From the IMG/VR virus record IMGVR_UViG_3300021387_000484, positions 36,089-100,088 of that record: a stretch of 64,000 bases of DNA; one strand, 5' to 3'. Source of the stretch: a virus (Duplodnaviria > Caudoviricetes). The notes beneath the pieces are model-generated. The model worked only from the letters and a program-made list of their open reading frames with translations. It did no database searches and was not told the origin of the DNA. The number at the start of each line of letters is the position of its first letter. Positions within the stretch are counted from its first letter, which is position 1. Below, piece after piece: positions 27,646 to 38,218 of the stretch. Both the position numbers and the translations under genes were made by a program.

Positions 27646-28071
27646 TTATCTGTAGTCATACGAAATCACCATGGGCGGTTCCTTGCCGCCTCCCACGTAC
27701 CGGACCACTCTCCCTCCTGCTTCCTTCACATACAGCTCCGGGGCAAAGAACATGTCCATGTACTTCTTTGCAAGGTCGTCAGGGATGTCCTCGAAATCCT
27801 CCGCGCCGACCCCGCAGATGAAGAAGGTCCCGTAGATAATGTCGTAGATGCGCCCGTCCTTGGTCTTTAAGGCGCGGTTCGGCATCTTATAGAACTTCCC
27901 CTCGTCGTCGCATACAAGCGCGACCCTGTCCTCGAAAGGATAGACCGCCTGAATGCAGTCACAGCCGATAAGTCCGTAGTAACCCTCCAGAGACTTCTCG
28001 ATATCGCACACGACCGGTATCTCCATTGGCTTTATCGCAAGAACTCGCATTTTATCCCCCTTTGGAATCAT
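27646..28071 (-). CDS. DUF3846-like protein
   Basis: LVCDDEGK..PNR..IYGTFFICG. Confidence 0.7.
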   Translation of the reverse strand: MIPKGDKMRVLAIKPMEIPVVCDIEKSLEGYYGLIGCDCIQAVYPFEDRVALVCDDEGKFYKMPNRALKTKDGRIYDIIYGTFFICGVGAEDFEDIPDDLAKKYMDMFFAPELYVKEAGGRVVRYVGGGKEPPMVISYDYR

Positions 28072-28074
28072 TAA

Positions 28075-28091
28075 GTTATCCGTTTGGCAAC
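28075..28091. promoter_or_regulatory. Putative repressor operator downstream of a TTGACA promoter
   Basis: GTTATCCGTTTGGCAAC; matches TCC-N4-GGCAAC sites at the cI/cro switch. Confidence 0.65.
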
Positions 28092-28159
28092 CTCTACAAC
28101 TATAGTACCACCCTGGGCGGCGATGTCAATCCGCTTAAAACCCAGCCGGTATCCCCGGC

Positions 28160-28429
28160 CTACTTCTCTTTGTCCAGTGCCCCCACAAGGGCCTCCAGCG
28201 CCCCGTACTCCTTCGACACAAAAACCATCATGTCTTCGTAGCTAAGCCAGTTTACAATGGTGTACAGGGCCTCACAGAGCTCTTTATAGGCGTCTGTGTA
28301 AATGTTGCAGGCCTCTGTCCGCGCGTCCCACGTATTCAGAGACATGTTCTTCCGATACTCCTCGTCAGCCACCAGCATGGCTTCTTTCGCACTGCTGTAC
28401 TTAGCCATAAGCTCTTTGAGCTTTTCCAT
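28160..28429 (-). CDS. Hypothetical protein
   Basis: 89-aa ORF with RBS. Confidence 0.55.
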   Translation of the reverse strand: MEKLKELMAKYSSAKEAMLVADEEYRKNMSLNTWDARTEACNIYTDAYKELCEALYTIVNWLSYEDMMVFVSKEYGALEALVGALDKEK

Positions 28430-28489
28430 AGGCCCCCTCTCTGCCTGCCTTTTGCCCGACAGGCGGGGCGTCGTCAGGTGGCACCCGCG

Positions 28490-29671
28490 TCAGCAGGCGC
28501 ACTTGCATCTGGTCAGCTCTGTCTGCTTTGTGCCTCTGTACTCGTTGTGTGCCTTAACCGTCCCGGTAATCTTCTTAACGTTGTCGGAGATTCCCTTTGT
28601 GGTCTTCCATGTGTAGATATTCCCCGCCTCGTCCACAATCTTGTAGATGCAGGTGTATCCCCACTGAGTCTCCCACCCGGTCACGCAGACAACTTCGACG
28701 GGTTTAAGCTCGATGCGCTTGCCAACCTCGCCGACCCACTCGGACTTCTTTTCCGCCTCCTCTTTGCGTCTGCGGGTCTCCACACGCTCCAGCTCCCTGT
28801 TGAAGGCGGGGAACAGGCTTGCCACAAGCCCAAGGTTCGCACCTGTCACATAGTCCAGCGCGCATGCAGTCTTCAGGTTATGCATGTAGTTGCTGGTCTC
28901 TGCCTGCGTTTCAAGCCACTCAATGGCCTTGGCCGTCATATTGGCGGCCTCAGGGCTCTTTGCGTTGAAGCCGACCGCATCCATCTGGGCGCGGTACTTC
29001 ATGCCCACTTCGGCCATAATCCCCTTGTATCCGCCGTGCTCAACCTCGTAGTAGGCAAGCGCGCGGTCGCGGGTAGACCAGTCGTCACGGTTCGCGGTCT
29101 TTACATAGCCAAAGTGGCGGATGGTCTCCCACGCGTATCTGAGGTACTCCTCAGTGTCGTAGTACCACTCATGGTGGCACCCGGGAGCCGGGGCTTCGCC
29201 CTCGATAAGCTCCTCGAAGGCAGACATGTACTGTGCGACTCCTGCCGCGCTCATGCCGTGGGTAAAATCGCACAGGCAGTTGCGCCCGACCTGCTTAAAT
29301 TCGCCGGTCTCCTCGTTGTACACGATGTACGCGTACTTCAGGTTCTTGTTGCCGCAGTGCTCACAGTAAGGGGCCCCGGTGTAGTAGCGCTCAGGCACTT
29401 CGACCTCGACCGCCTTGCTGAGGATGTTCCCCTTCTTAGTATGCTCGATAGAGGCCGCGAACTGCCACCCGTTCACGCGGGCGATGCCTTCCGCTTCGAC
29501 AAGGACGAAACGGGCGGTATAGGCCCTGCCATCCTCGTCCTTCAGCTCGCGGAACTCCTCGCCGACCTCGTTGAAGGTGAATGCGCACCCGTACTTTTTG
29601 CACTTGTTCTGGATACGGGTCATCTTCTTGGTGAGCCTTTCCATGTTGCCCTCAAAAATCGCATATCTCAT
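28490..29671 (-). CDS. Phage protein with Zn-ribbon and C-terminal OB-fold-like domain
   Basis: CEHC..VGRNCL; C-terminal ITGTVKAHNEYRGTKQTELTR. Confidence 0.65.
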   Translation of the reverse strand: MRYAIFEGNMERLTKKMTRIQNKCKKYGCAFTFNEVGEEFRELKDEDGRAYTARFVLVEAEGIARVNGWQFAASIEHTKKGNILSKAVEVEVPERYYTGAPYCEHCGNKNLKYAYIVYNEETGEFKQVGRNCLCDFTHGMSAAGVAQYMSAFEELIEGEAPAPGCHHEWYYDTEEYLRYAWETIRHFGYVKTANRDDWSTRDRALAYYEVEHGGYKGIMAEVGMKYRAQMDAVGFNAKSPEAANMTAKAIEWLETQAETSNYMHNLKTACALDYVTGANLGLVASLFPAFNRELERVETRRRKEEAEKKSEWVGEVGKRIELKPVEVVCVTGWETQWGYTCIYKIVDEAGNIYTWKTTKGISDNVKKITGTVKAHNEYRGTKQTELTRCKCAC

Positions 29672-29689
29672 CGCGCGTCCCCTTTCTCT

Positions 29690-30037
29690 TTAAGCCACAA
29701 CCTCAACCGCCTCAATCGCCTCGACCTGAGAGGCCCCGAAGAAGGAAGCCTTGTAGGTCTTCCCGTCTCCCTTGGCGCCCCAGATGAGCTCGACCTGAAA
29801 CAGGTTTTTGGAACCATGGCGGACCATGAAGCCTGCCTGCTTCCAGCCGAACCATGTCTTAATCTCTTCCTCGACGCCAGCCGCCTTCTTGGCCGCCTCG
29901 ATGCGAAGCGCATTCACAGGCTCTGCCTTGGCGGACAGCCATGCGCGGTGCAGGGCTTCTCCGAAGGCGATGTTCTTCTCCTTCCTGAAGATAACCCATG
30001 CATTGGTCATAACCGCTCTCTTGCTGAATCTCTTCAT
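29690..30037 (-). CDS. Paralog A of ArdC-N-like small protein
   Basis: MTNAWVIFRK..TWFGWKQAGFMVRHGSK..FFGASQV; highly similar to 47318..47644. Confidence 0.7.
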   Translation of the reverse strand: MKRFSKRAVMTNAWVIFRKEKNIAFGEALHRAWLSAKAEPVNALRIEAAKKAAGVEEEIKTWFGWKQAGFMVRHGSKNLFQVELIWGAKGDGKTYKASFFGASQVEAIEAVEVVA

Positions 30038-30481
30038 ATCAAAGCCCTCCTTTGGGGAACTGCCGTCAACTCCTCACCACAAGTATATACTACAGCATAG
30101 GGGTCTATAAGTCAATACATTTGTGGCTTTTATGCGCGATTTAATAATTTGTTAATATTTATATACAGATGTTTTTCTAGGGTGCATATGTAATATAGAA
30201 ACAGCCCCCAAGGGTCATCCCCCTGAGGGCTTTTCTCTACTCGCTGTCTGGCTGTAACACTTCCATCACATGGTGGTAAGATTCCCGGACCCTGAAGGGC
30301 GGCTTGATGCCGCAGACATAGATGTCCGCGCCCACGTCGTCGTCCCAGTCCTTGACAACGGCTGTGACCATGCCGATGTTTATGGATAAAGGTTCCCCTG
30401 TCGAGTCGTGAAACTCCGCAAACCTCTCCATATACCCCCTCCTTCCCGCCGGGCCCCCGCCCGGGACCGATTGATAATCCA

Positions 30482-30811
30482 TCACCCCGGTATGCGCACG
30501 TACCTTGCCACCCTTTCCATGTCGAACTCGACCAGCGGATACTCGCAATACCCGCTCCTTTCCACTACCCCTGTGGGTGTGCCAAGCTTATACTCCTCGA
30601 TGAACCGCATGGCGCACGGCAGGTCGTGTACGTTCACATACGCGCAGTTATCCCCTGTCCACGACGGCTTCCCGCCAAGGCAGACAGTCAGGTCCGCGAT
30701 GCTTCCAACTTCCTCATTCCAGACGCATAGATACACAGAGTCGTCAACCGTGTACCTGTCAAATCCAAGGAAGCACCCCTCATAGACACTTAGCCCTGTG
30801 TCTAATACCAT
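30482..30811 (-). CDS. DUF4313-like protein
   Basis: LTVCL..AYVN..GYCEYPLVEFD. Confidence 0.6.
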   Translation of the reverse strand: MVLDTGLSVYEGCFLGFDRYTVDDSVYLCVWNEEVGSIADLTVCLGGKPSWTGDNCAYVNVHDLPCAMRFIEEYKLGTPTGVVERSGYCEYPLVEFDMERVARYVRIPG

Positions 30812-30823
30812 GCCCGCCTCCTT

Positions 30824-31192
30824 TCAGTAGCCGTAGTGCAGGACTACCAGCTTGTGCCACTTGGCAGGGTCAAACCCTTTGAGTAGCTGGATGCACGGGT
30901 CAAACCGCCTGTATGTCTCGCCCTTCGCGGCCTCTTCAAGGATGCGGATTGCATCCTCAAGCGGGACCTCGCAAAGCGCGTCACCGTACTTGTCTTCCAG
31001 AATCGTGGTGTTCCCGTCGTCAGAAATGATAAACGCGTCTGTAGGTTCGTACTGACGCATCTTGTAGGAAACGTCGGGCGCGACACACATGTTGAACATG
31101 GCCACGACCTCGCCGTACTTCCTCTTCTTGCCGTCAAAACCGCCCCACCAGTCATTTTTTTCCACTACATAAAGTCTGCTCTCGTATCCCAT
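30824..31192 (-). CDS. Hypothetical phage protein
   Basis: 122-aa ORF with AGGAGG RBS. Confidence 0.65.
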   Translation of the reverse strand: MGYESRLYVVEKNDWWGGFDGKKRKYGEVVAMFNMCVAPDVSYKMRQYEPTDAFIISDDGNTTILEDKYGDALCEVPLEDAIRILEEAAKGETYRRFDPCIQLLKGFDPAKWHKLVVLHYGY

Positions 31193-31239
31193 ACGCCTCC
31201 TTTTTGACGGTCTCGCCCTCCTGCCGACAGGGTCTTTGT

Positions 31240-31602
31240 TTACTCTTCCGTATACAGCTCAATGACGATGTCATCGAACGCCTGAGCCACTGCGGGAACG
31301 ATGTCCTTCCAGTAGCGGCACTTCGCCTTGTTCAGGCGGAACTTCGTAATCCTGCTCCACTTGTTGTTGTGGATGTTGGTCTTTCCCTTCACGAGCCCAA
31401 GACAGGCCTTCATGTGCTCTTTGTCTGCCCAGAAGCTTTCCATTGAGTACTTCTCCACCCCGTCTTCCTCAAACTCCATGAGCATGATGAGATGGCAGTT
31501 GCCGGTATACAGGCTCAGGGTGAACTCCTTTTCCACCCCGCCCACTTCCTGAAGAAGGGTCGCTTCCCCGCACTTCTCGTCCCACTTCCACTGTACCGCC
31601 AT
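31240..31602 (-). CDS. Hypothetical phage protein
   Basis: 120-aa ORF with RBS. Confidence 0.65.
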   Translation of the reverse strand: MAVQWKWDEKCGEATLLQEVGGVEKEFTLSLYTGNCHLIMLMEFEEDGVEKYSMESFWADKEHMKACLGLVKGKTNIHNNKWSRITKFRLNKAKCRYWKDIVPAVAQAFDDIVIELYTEE

Positions 31603-31614
31603 GCTTTTCCTCCT

Positions 31615-31929
31615 TTACGCTGTCAGCTTTTTGTGGATATCGTATGCCGCAAGGAATTTCTCCTTCCAGCCAAGGTCCTTGGTCTGGAGCCCGTAGGCTA
31701 TGGCATTGACCATGTAGTAGGTCATCCACTCTATAGCCTCCCACTTCTCGCAGTCCATAATCTTTTCAAGGAACCACTCCTTGGCGTCCTGATATCCGTC
31801 CTTATCCCTGAGTATGTCCCCGTCGCGGCTTAGCAAAACCTGTTGCGCCACCTTCTCCCTGTTGTATCCCTGCGCCTTGTACTGATACGGGGAGTCAGCT
31901 TCAAAGCGCATAAACTCATATCCTGTCAT
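31615..31929 (-). CDS. Hypothetical phage protein
   Basis: 104-aa ORF with RBS. Confidence 0.6.
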   Translation of the reverse strand: MTGYEFMRFEADSPYQYKAQGYNREKVAQQVLLSRDGDILRDKDGYQDAKEWFLEKIMDCEKWEAIEWMTYYMVNAIAYGLQTKDLGWKEKFLAAYDIHKKLTA

Positions 31930-31951
31930 TTCCGCCTCCTCCCCGTGATAA

Positions 31952-32821
31952 TCACGCCACGATGTAGAGCTTTCCGCCCTCTACCTCATACAGGCGGTCG
32001 CTCAAGACCTCGTCGTCATCAACGCAGGTCTTGTTCACCCCCTTTATGATTCTTGCAATCCCCAGAGCGTCCAGCCCCTCTTCCTTTCTGCACAGAAGCA
32101 CTTCGTGGACGCTGGATGGAATGATAAAGTACTCACCCCCCAGCTTCTTAATGCAGTCCTCGATGCTCTCGGGACGCCCCAGCGCCGCCGCCCCGTACAG
32201 GGTCTCGTCATTGGTCAGGATGTGGAGCACCCCCTTGCTGTCCTTGGAATCGTCGATAAAGTCTCGCATGGGGATAAGGGTCATGTGGTCCCTTGTCCAC
32301 TTGCGTGCTCTCTCAAACAGCTCCTCCGCGTTGATACCCAGCGCCTCAATGAGCATGTTGTCCACGGTGAAAAATCCGCGTCCGCCCCTATCATCGACCG
32401 GCGTAGGCACGATGACCAGTTCCGCAAGGTCGCAGAAGAGCCGGTAGGGGCGCTCTGCCAGCTCCTCAATGTTCATCCTCGCAGACACCACCTTCGTGCG
32501 GCAGTTCTTCAGCACATAGTCCCGGTCGATGCCTTTGAGCAGGCCCTCGCTCACATACAGCCACCCGGCGATATGCGAAGCGGCGTCCTCTACAGACATC
32601 CTCTTCAGGGATATGTCCTTGAGCATCCAGTCAATGTCGAAGGACGGAAGGGCCCTAATGCCCATGGTCTTGTCATCGACCCGGAGTATGCAGGTCTTCT
32701 CTGTCCCGTTGTTTCCCCTCATAACCGTGCACCTAAGGCCATCCCGTGAGAGCCCCACCCGGTCTGCCGCCATCTGTGCAATCTTAGTTCCCAGTTCCTT
32801 CTTATCCATGCGCTCCTCCAT
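31952..32821 (-). CDS. DUF5688-like protein
   Basis: LTN..YGAAAL..FIIPSSVHEVLL..VN..LSDRLY. Confidence 0.75.
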   Translation of the reverse strand: MEERMDKKELGTKIAQMAADRVGLSRDGLRCTVMRGNNGTEKTCILRVDDKTMGIRALPSFDIDWMLKDISLKRMSVEDAASHIAGWLYVSEGLLKGIDRDYVLKNCRTKVVSARMNIEELAERPYRLFCDLAELVIVPTPVDDRGGRGFFTVDNMLIEALGINAEELFERARKWTRDHMTLIPMRDFIDDSKDSKGVLHILTNDETLYGAAALGRPESIEDCIKKLGGEYFIIPSSVHEVLLCRKEEGLDALGIARIIKGVNKTCVDDDEVLSDRLYEVEGGKLYIVA

Positions 32822-33365
32822 TCGGCTTACTTATGGTTTCTTTTCAGCAACACACCCTTAAAAAAATTTGCCTCACAACTTCATCTAAAGCATAACACAC
32901 CAAAAGGCAGTGCCAATTCAAGTGAGAATGTGGTCGTATACTTCATCCGCGCACGCGGACGCATAGGCATGTGCCTCCCGGATTGAGGCAAACTTCGGCA
33001 CTTCCCAGAAGGCGTCGTGTACCACCCGGTAGATGCCCTTATACATCACGGTCAGGTAGTACTTGTCCTTCGGCGTCTTCATGTCCTTCAAGAAGCAGTT
33101 CTGCACGTAGAAACTGCACCCCTTTTTTCTGAACTGCCTGTTGTACGAGCCCATAGCACCCCCTTATATCAGAGCGGATATCTCCGCAAGAACCTTCTGG
33201 AGCCTCTTCTGTTTCTTGGCAATCCTGTCTTTGTACCTGTCATCCCCGCAAAGGACGGACAGCGCATCCTCAAGGTCGTCCCTCTCATTGCACAGCCTCC
33301 GTAGTCGCCTTATGCGCTTTGCATACTGCTCAGGGGTCTCACCTCTCTCAATCGCTTCCAGTGCC

Positions 33366-33827
33366 TCAGTAATCGTCATCTTCATCCCAGTCGTCCTCCG
33401 CCAAGTAATCATCGTCCGAAAACTCGAACGGCCCGTCGCACTTGTAGACACTGCCCTCTGCGGGCCACTTATCTGCCTTTTCCAGCGTCTCCTCGTCGAA
33501 GCACATGTCCGCAAGGTCGGCAAGGAGCTTTTCATAGTCTTCCGCGTCGTAACAGTCATACACCCTCTCAAGGATGGGACGCGTATAGGACCGGTACTCA
33601 TAGAGCCAGTTCGCATAGGAAGACAGGTCGTTGAACCACCCCCTCATGCCACTGTGGACGTTGTCGAAAACGTCGCCGTCGTTGTACCACTTGTATACAA
33701 GCTTGCAGACGGCGGTCACGGTCTGAGTGGCAAGAGTCTTCCCTTCGCCAACAGGAGGAAGGTACTTATCGCACAGCGCGTCAAATTTGTCGAAGTATCC
33801 CCAATCCATACCCGTCTCCTTTCTCAT
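33366..33827 (-). CDS. Hypothetical phage protein
   Basis: YLPPVGEG..YKWYNDGD; overlaps neighbours. Confidence 0.6.
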   Translation of the reverse strand: MRKETGMDWGYFDKFDALCDKYLPPVGEGKTLATQTVTAVCKLVYKWYNDGDVFDNVHSGMRGWFNDLSSYANWLYEYRSYTRPILERVYDCYDAEDYEKLLADLADMCFDEETLEKADKWPAEGSVYKCDGPFEFSDDDYLAEDDWDEDDDY

Positions 33828-34246
33828 TTATACCAGTAGCCGTACACACACCTTGAACCGTCTCGGGTGCAGTCGTATGTGTCATGGATAACCCCGTCAA
33901 TCACGGCGACATAGTGGCGGGACACGTTGCAGATAATCCTGCCCTTGGGCAGTTCCTCCGCTCGAAGGTGGACCTTGCACCCCGACCCAATCTGCATGGT
34001 GGCCTTCCACTTCCAGCCAAGGTCCGCCATAATCTTCTTGCAGGTCGCCGTGTAGACGCCCGTGCGTGCATTCGATTTATGCTTCTTGTTCTTGCCGGTA
34101 CGCTCCTTCTTGGCGTACTCATTAATGAGGTCGTAGACCTCCTTGTAGTCCTTCCCGGTCGCAATGGATATAGCCCTGCAACAGCAGTCACCTGTATGTC
34201 CCTTGTAACCAGCGTCAGCCCTGCCACCGTCATCATATACCCACAT
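33824..34246 (-). CDS. Putative papain-like (C-H-D) small protein
   Basis: GDCCCRAISIA..HYVAVIDG..DTYD. Confidence 0.55.
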   Translation of the reverse strand: MWVYDDGGRADAGYKGHTGDCCCRAISIATGKDYKEVYDLINEYAKKERTGKNKKHKSNARTGVYTATCKKIMADLGWKWKATMQIGSGCKVHLRAEELPKGRIICNVSRHYVAVIDGVIHDTYDCTRDGSRCVYGYWYK

Positions 34247-34503
34247 AAAATTCCTCCTCTTTCAATACGGCAGTTCTGCCACCCTGTCTCCACCTCGGGT
34301 CCATCACGTAGTCGATATAGGAGTCGAAGTGGGACAGCTTTGCCAGCTTCTCCTGAAGCTCATCAATGAGCGCGCACATGGCCTCGCAAGTTTCAGCAGG
34401 CAGGCATCCCAAACCAAGCCTTCTGTCGAGCTCGGCTATCCTGCGGATTACCTCCTTCTTTTCCCTAGTCATGCCACCTCCCTTCCGCCCACCGGGGGCA
34501 TTT

Positions 34504-34561
34504 GTTATCCGTTCGGCAACACCCTACACTCTTATTATAGCACCCTATGGGGCAGTGTCAA
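34504..34561 (-). promoter_or_regulatory. Early promoter (TTGACA..TATAAT) with downstream operator
   Basis: -35 at 34556-34561, -10 at 34534-34539; operator GTTATCCGTTCGGCAAC at 34504-34520. Confidence 0.7.
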
Positions 34562-34680
34562 TTCTTTTCTGCATATTTTTTGCGTTGCATTAAGGCATAT
34601 AGGTTTGCAAGTGCATATAAAATAGGAAATAAGGGCACAAAGAAGGACCAGCCTCACAGCCGGTCCCTGATTGATAATCC

Positions 34681-35163
34681 TTATTTGTGTCCCTCTATCC
34701 ACTCAGCCATCTGCACCAGTGCCCTGCCGTGGACGTTTGTCGTCCGCCTCAGGTAGGAGTCTTTCCGCTCTTCATAGTCGTCTTTGTTCCCGTAAAGGAG
34801 CATGGACACCTTCGACCAGCTCTCCATGTCGATATACCGCATCTGGATGCAGGCTCTTTCGTCTGCCTTAATGTGAGTGATAATCCCTTCTATCCACCGC
34901 CTCTCTGACTCTTGGATGTCCATCAGGTCTTTGACCTCATGCTCAATCTCGTCCTTTCTGGCTATCATCTTCCCGATTCGGTCATGTGACGAAAATTGGG
35001 CATGAGGCATCCCAGACAGCTCAGGCGATTGCAGGCTGACCATCTTTTCAGAAAGGTTGTCGATGCGTTCGAGCTGGTTGTCTATATCCCTCTCCCTCTC
35101 CCGATATTCCATAAGCCGTGTCTTCACGGCGCTTATGTCACAGTGCAACTCTTTGCTATCCAT
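34681..35163 (-). CDS. ArpU/RinA-like late transcriptional activator
   Basis: Coiled coil + ER..IQMRYID..WSKV..HGRAL sigma4-like HTH at end of replication block. Confidence 0.75.
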   Translation of the reverse strand: MDSKELHCDISAVKTRLMEYRERERDIDNQLERIDNLSEKMVSLQSPELSGMPHAQFSSHDRIGKMIARKDEIEHEVKDLMDIQESERRWIEGIITHIKADERACIQMRYIDMESWSKVSMLLYGNKDDYEERKDSYLRRTTNVHGRALVQMAEWIEGHK

Positions 35164-35215
35164 TTAACAGAGCATCTCCACAGCAGTCATCCTCCGGTCG
35201 CCCGGATTTATCGGG

Positions 35216-35773
35216 TTACGTGAATGGAAGTTCCTCGTCAATGCCGTCGGGGATACTCATGAATCCGTCCAGTCCCCCTTGGCTATAGGTACCCTGTCCG
35301 CCGGGCTGGCTGTACTGGCCTCCCCCGCCAGAAGGTGCGCCCCCGTACTGTCCGTACTGCTGGTTGTACTGCGCACCCTGTCCATACTGTGCCCCGCCGT
35401 ACTGGCTCTGGCCATTCTGAGCGCTCATGGGAGCGCCCTGACCCTGACTCTCGCGCCTGCCACCTGCGAAGTTGAAGCCTGTCGCGATGACCTCTGTCAC
35501 CTTGCGCTTGTTGCCGTTCTTGTCCTCATAGGTCCTTGTCTGGAGTCTGCCGCTTACGATAATCGTGTCGCCCTTGCGGAAGTACTTGCTGACAAACTCG
35601 GCGCTTTTGTTCCACGCCACGATGTCAATCCAGTCCGTCTCCCTTGTGCCGTCCTTGGCCGCGTAGTCCCTGTCGCATGCGATTGTAAAAGACGCAACGG
35701 GCATTTGGGACGCTGTGTACCGGAGCTCCACATCCCTTGCAAGCCTGCCTTGTCCGCACCAACTATTCAGCAT
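35216..35773 (-). CDS. ssb: Single-stranded DNA-binding protein
   Basis: GRLARDVELRYT..GRLQTR; acidic tail DEELPF. Confidence 0.95.
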   Translation of the reverse strand: MLNSWCGQGRLARDVELRYTASQMPVASFTIACDRDYAAKDGTRETDWIDIVAWNKSAEFVSKYFRKGDTIIVSGRLQTRTYEDKNGNKRKVTEVIATGFNFAGGRRESQGQGAPMSAQNGQSQYGGAQYGQGAQYNQQYGQYGGAPSGGGGQYSQPGGQGTYSQGGLDGFMSIPDGIDEELPFT

Positions 35774-36467
35774 TTTTCAATCCTCCTTTTGTTTTCGTAT
35801 TCAATCCGTACACCTTAGCTATCACCTTGTCTATCTTCACAGGCTTCAAATGATAATGTGCATCAAACTCTTCCTGAGGCTTTGTGTGGCACTCCGTATG
35901 GTGCTCAAAGCAAAGGGGCTCCGCGCGCAGACCTAAGTGATTTATGGTCTTTCTGTCATTGCCCGCACCGACCCGGTCCACATGGTGCAGGTATGCGGGC
36001 TTTCCGCACACACAGCACTTCTTGTGAACAAGACAGCTGTAGACGTAGTGCTCTACGTCGTCGACCAGACTGATAAGCGGCACGTTTGTCGGGATATCCC
36101 ATGAGAGTATAAAGTCAATCAGAAAAGACTGGAACTGACACACAAGGCTCATGCTTGCGTTCGCAAGTGAAAATATCTTTTCCGCCATCCCGTCAAAGTC
36201 TTCCGACAAGAACTTCAGCTTCATCCACTGCTTGCTCTCCTCGGTCCCCATGCCCGTATAATCCGCTATCTCGCGGATAAGGGCATAGCACGCGCGCCGT
36301 TGCTTATCCGACAGATGTCTGCTGTCCACCATCTGCACAAGGCACTCTTTATATTCTCTTTTTGCCATAGTAGGCCAGTCGGTATAACTGGCCTTTATGG
36401 TCACTTCCCCCGTCTTGGGGTCGTATCCCACGATACGCCCCTTGACGGTATCTGCTGAGGTCTTCAT
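35763..36467 (-). CDS. Putative HNH-like nuclease (DUF968-type)
   Basis: CCVCGK..HH..LCFEHHTECH. Confidence 0.7.
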   Translation of the reverse strand: MKTSADTVKGRIVGYDPKTGEVTIKASYTDWPTMAKREYKECLVQMVDSRHLSDKQRRACYALIREIADYTGMGTEESKQWMKLKFLSEDFDGMAEKIFSLANASMSLVCQFQSFLIDFILSWDIPTNVPLISLVDDVEHYVYSCLVHKKCCVCGKPAYLHHVDRVGAGNDRKTINHLGLRAEPLCFEHHTECHTKPQEEFDAHYHLKPVKIDKVIAKVYGLNTKTKGGLKNAE

Positions 36468-37198
36468 GCGATAACTACCACGTCCTTGCCTTTCAGCTCA
36501 TCCTGTAAAAACCGGCGGATATTGTCCTTCGCCTCGTTCTTCCACGCGCCGCCGTCTGCTTCGAACAGCGCGGAATCCACCCTGTCCCCGTGCTCTCTCA
36601 TGCGGAAGATGAACTGTGAGGCTGGCTGTTCCACCTCGGGGAAAGTCCGGTAGGGTCTCAGGACACACGGGGAGGGCACGATAGCCTCCGCCTTGGAGGC
36701 CACCCCGTTCTTGATGGTCGCCTTCTGGGTCACGCCGTCATCCCCGTACTCCTTGATGCTCCCTGCGGTCACCGTGCCCGCAAATTTCAGGACCGCCGCT
36801 CTGTCTGTTTCCGCGTCGTCAACGAACATCGCCTGAATGGTAATCAGCATCTTCTCGTTGTCGATATACTCCCCGAAGGGTATCCTCGGTAGCTCGGCGC
36901 CTACCGTCATCAGGACCTCGCGCTTTCTGTCTGCGTCAAGCGCTGTCATGAGGGCCACTGAGGTGGGGCTTATGACATGGACAAGGAGCGGGATTCCTTT
37001 CCATGTCTCTTTGAACTCACAGATGTACTGGATAAGGCTGGAAAGCGTGCTTACCTTGATGGGCTCCGCCCTCTGCTCATTGTCTATCCGGTACAGGTGG
37101 TCCGTGCTGTAATTCTCCCCTTCCACGACCACCACGGGGGGCTGTGCGATTGATAAAATCTTGTCGATTGCAGTTGCTATCATGCCTTCCTCCTTCAC
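36464..37198 (-). CDS. Conserved phage protein
   Basis: DDGVTQ..LRPYRTFPEVEQPAS.F..LFEADGGAW. Confidence 0.7.
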   Translation of the reverse strand: MKEEGMIATAIDKILSIAQPPVVVVEGENYSTDHLYRIDNEQRAEPIKVSTLSSLIQYICEFKETWKGIPLLVHVISPTSVALMTALDADRKREVLMTVGAELPRIPFGEYIDNEKMLITIQAMFVDDAETDRAAVLKFAGTVTAGSIKEYGDDGVTQKATIKNGVASKAEAIVPSPCVLRPYRTFPEVEQPASQFIFRMREHGDRVDSALFEADGGAWKNEAKDNIRRFLQDELKGKDVVVIA

Positions 37199-37473
37199 TT
37201 CATCAGGACTAACCCCTGACCTGCATACTCCATCACCATCTGCCTGAAATGTTCTAAATTTGCCCTGTATTTCTCGGCAAGTTTTTCATCCTCTTCGGAC
37301 ACCTCGCCATATATGCCGCTCTCCACGAACTCATATCCCCCGCCTGTGCCGTCGCCGTTTTGCAGGTTGTGGTAGCAGACCACCCCGTTCATGACATACA
37401 GGCAGTCATGCGGGTCATCCCCCACCCTGTGGACGGAGCCTGTCTCTTTGTCCCTTACATACAGCTTTATCAT

Positions 37474-37905
37474 TTACCCCTGCCTTCTGCGGAAGTCCAG
37501 TACCTCGGCAGGCTCTTCTGCGGGCGCTTCCTCCTCTTCATCATCCATGTCTTCCAGCGACACCGGCTCAAGGCCAAGGTCGGAAAAATCGAGCTGTCCG
37601 CGTATCTCTCCCCTCTTGTGCTCCATGACGGTGACTTTGCCGTTCGTCAGGTCCTTATTTACAAAGAACTGGGTCTGGACGCCCGTCTCTGCGGCAAGCG
37701 TATAGGTCACGTCCGCCGACACGTCAACGTCCTCCCTGTCGTCGTCATCGGGCTTGAAGGTTATCTTCAGGGTGATAGACCTTTTCTTCCCCGCGTCGGT
37801 GTTTGGGTCAAGGATGTTGACCGCCACCTTTTCCAGTGCCCTGTTGACCTTCTCCTGCACGGCACCGCCGCATATGTTTGCCAGTGTCAGTATCTCGTTG
37901 TGCAT
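37474..37905 (-). CDS. Conserved phage protein (usual partner of 36464..37198 type)
   Basis: GGAVQE..NILDPNT..RSITLKITFKP. Confidence 0.65.
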   Translation of the reverse strand: MHNEILTLANICGGAVQEKVNRALEKVAVNILDPNTDAGKKRSITLKITFKPDDDDREDVDVSADVTYTLAAETGVQTQFFVNKDLTNGKVTVMEHKRGEIRGQLDFSDLGLEPVSLEDMDDEEEEAPAEEPAEVLDFRRRQG

Positions 37906-38218
37906 CGCCTTGCTCCTTATCCTTTCTTGATTGGTTTGGTTTCATTCTTGACGACCGAATAGCTCCCGGCGTCAGCACTCTTGTACTCCTCCTTGAACAG
38001 CTTCCACAGCCTCTTTTTTTCTACGCCGTCCTTCTCCGCGATATTGTCAAAGAACGAGTACAGGGTATGCGCCACACCCGTTATGAGTTCAATAGTATTT
38101 GACTTGCCCATAATGGACATCGTCACGTCCCCGCCGTCTTCGGGCTCTATGAGCACGGCATATGCCGCCTTTGCCTCCCACTCGTAGTTACTGCCGTCAT
38201 CAGCTTTCATAATCAGCT

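Noticed and set aside
28478-30100. 540-aa plus-strand ORF and many other long plus-strand ORFs (e.g. 3998..4753, 12219..13019, 21558..22559)
   Set aside because: Antisense shadows of well-supported minus-strand genes; no RBS or recognisable motifs.
33164-33616. 150-aa ORF overlapping 33366..33827
   Set aside because: The 5' part is an alternative frame of the upstream gene; only the last part (from about MKMTITE) is likely real.
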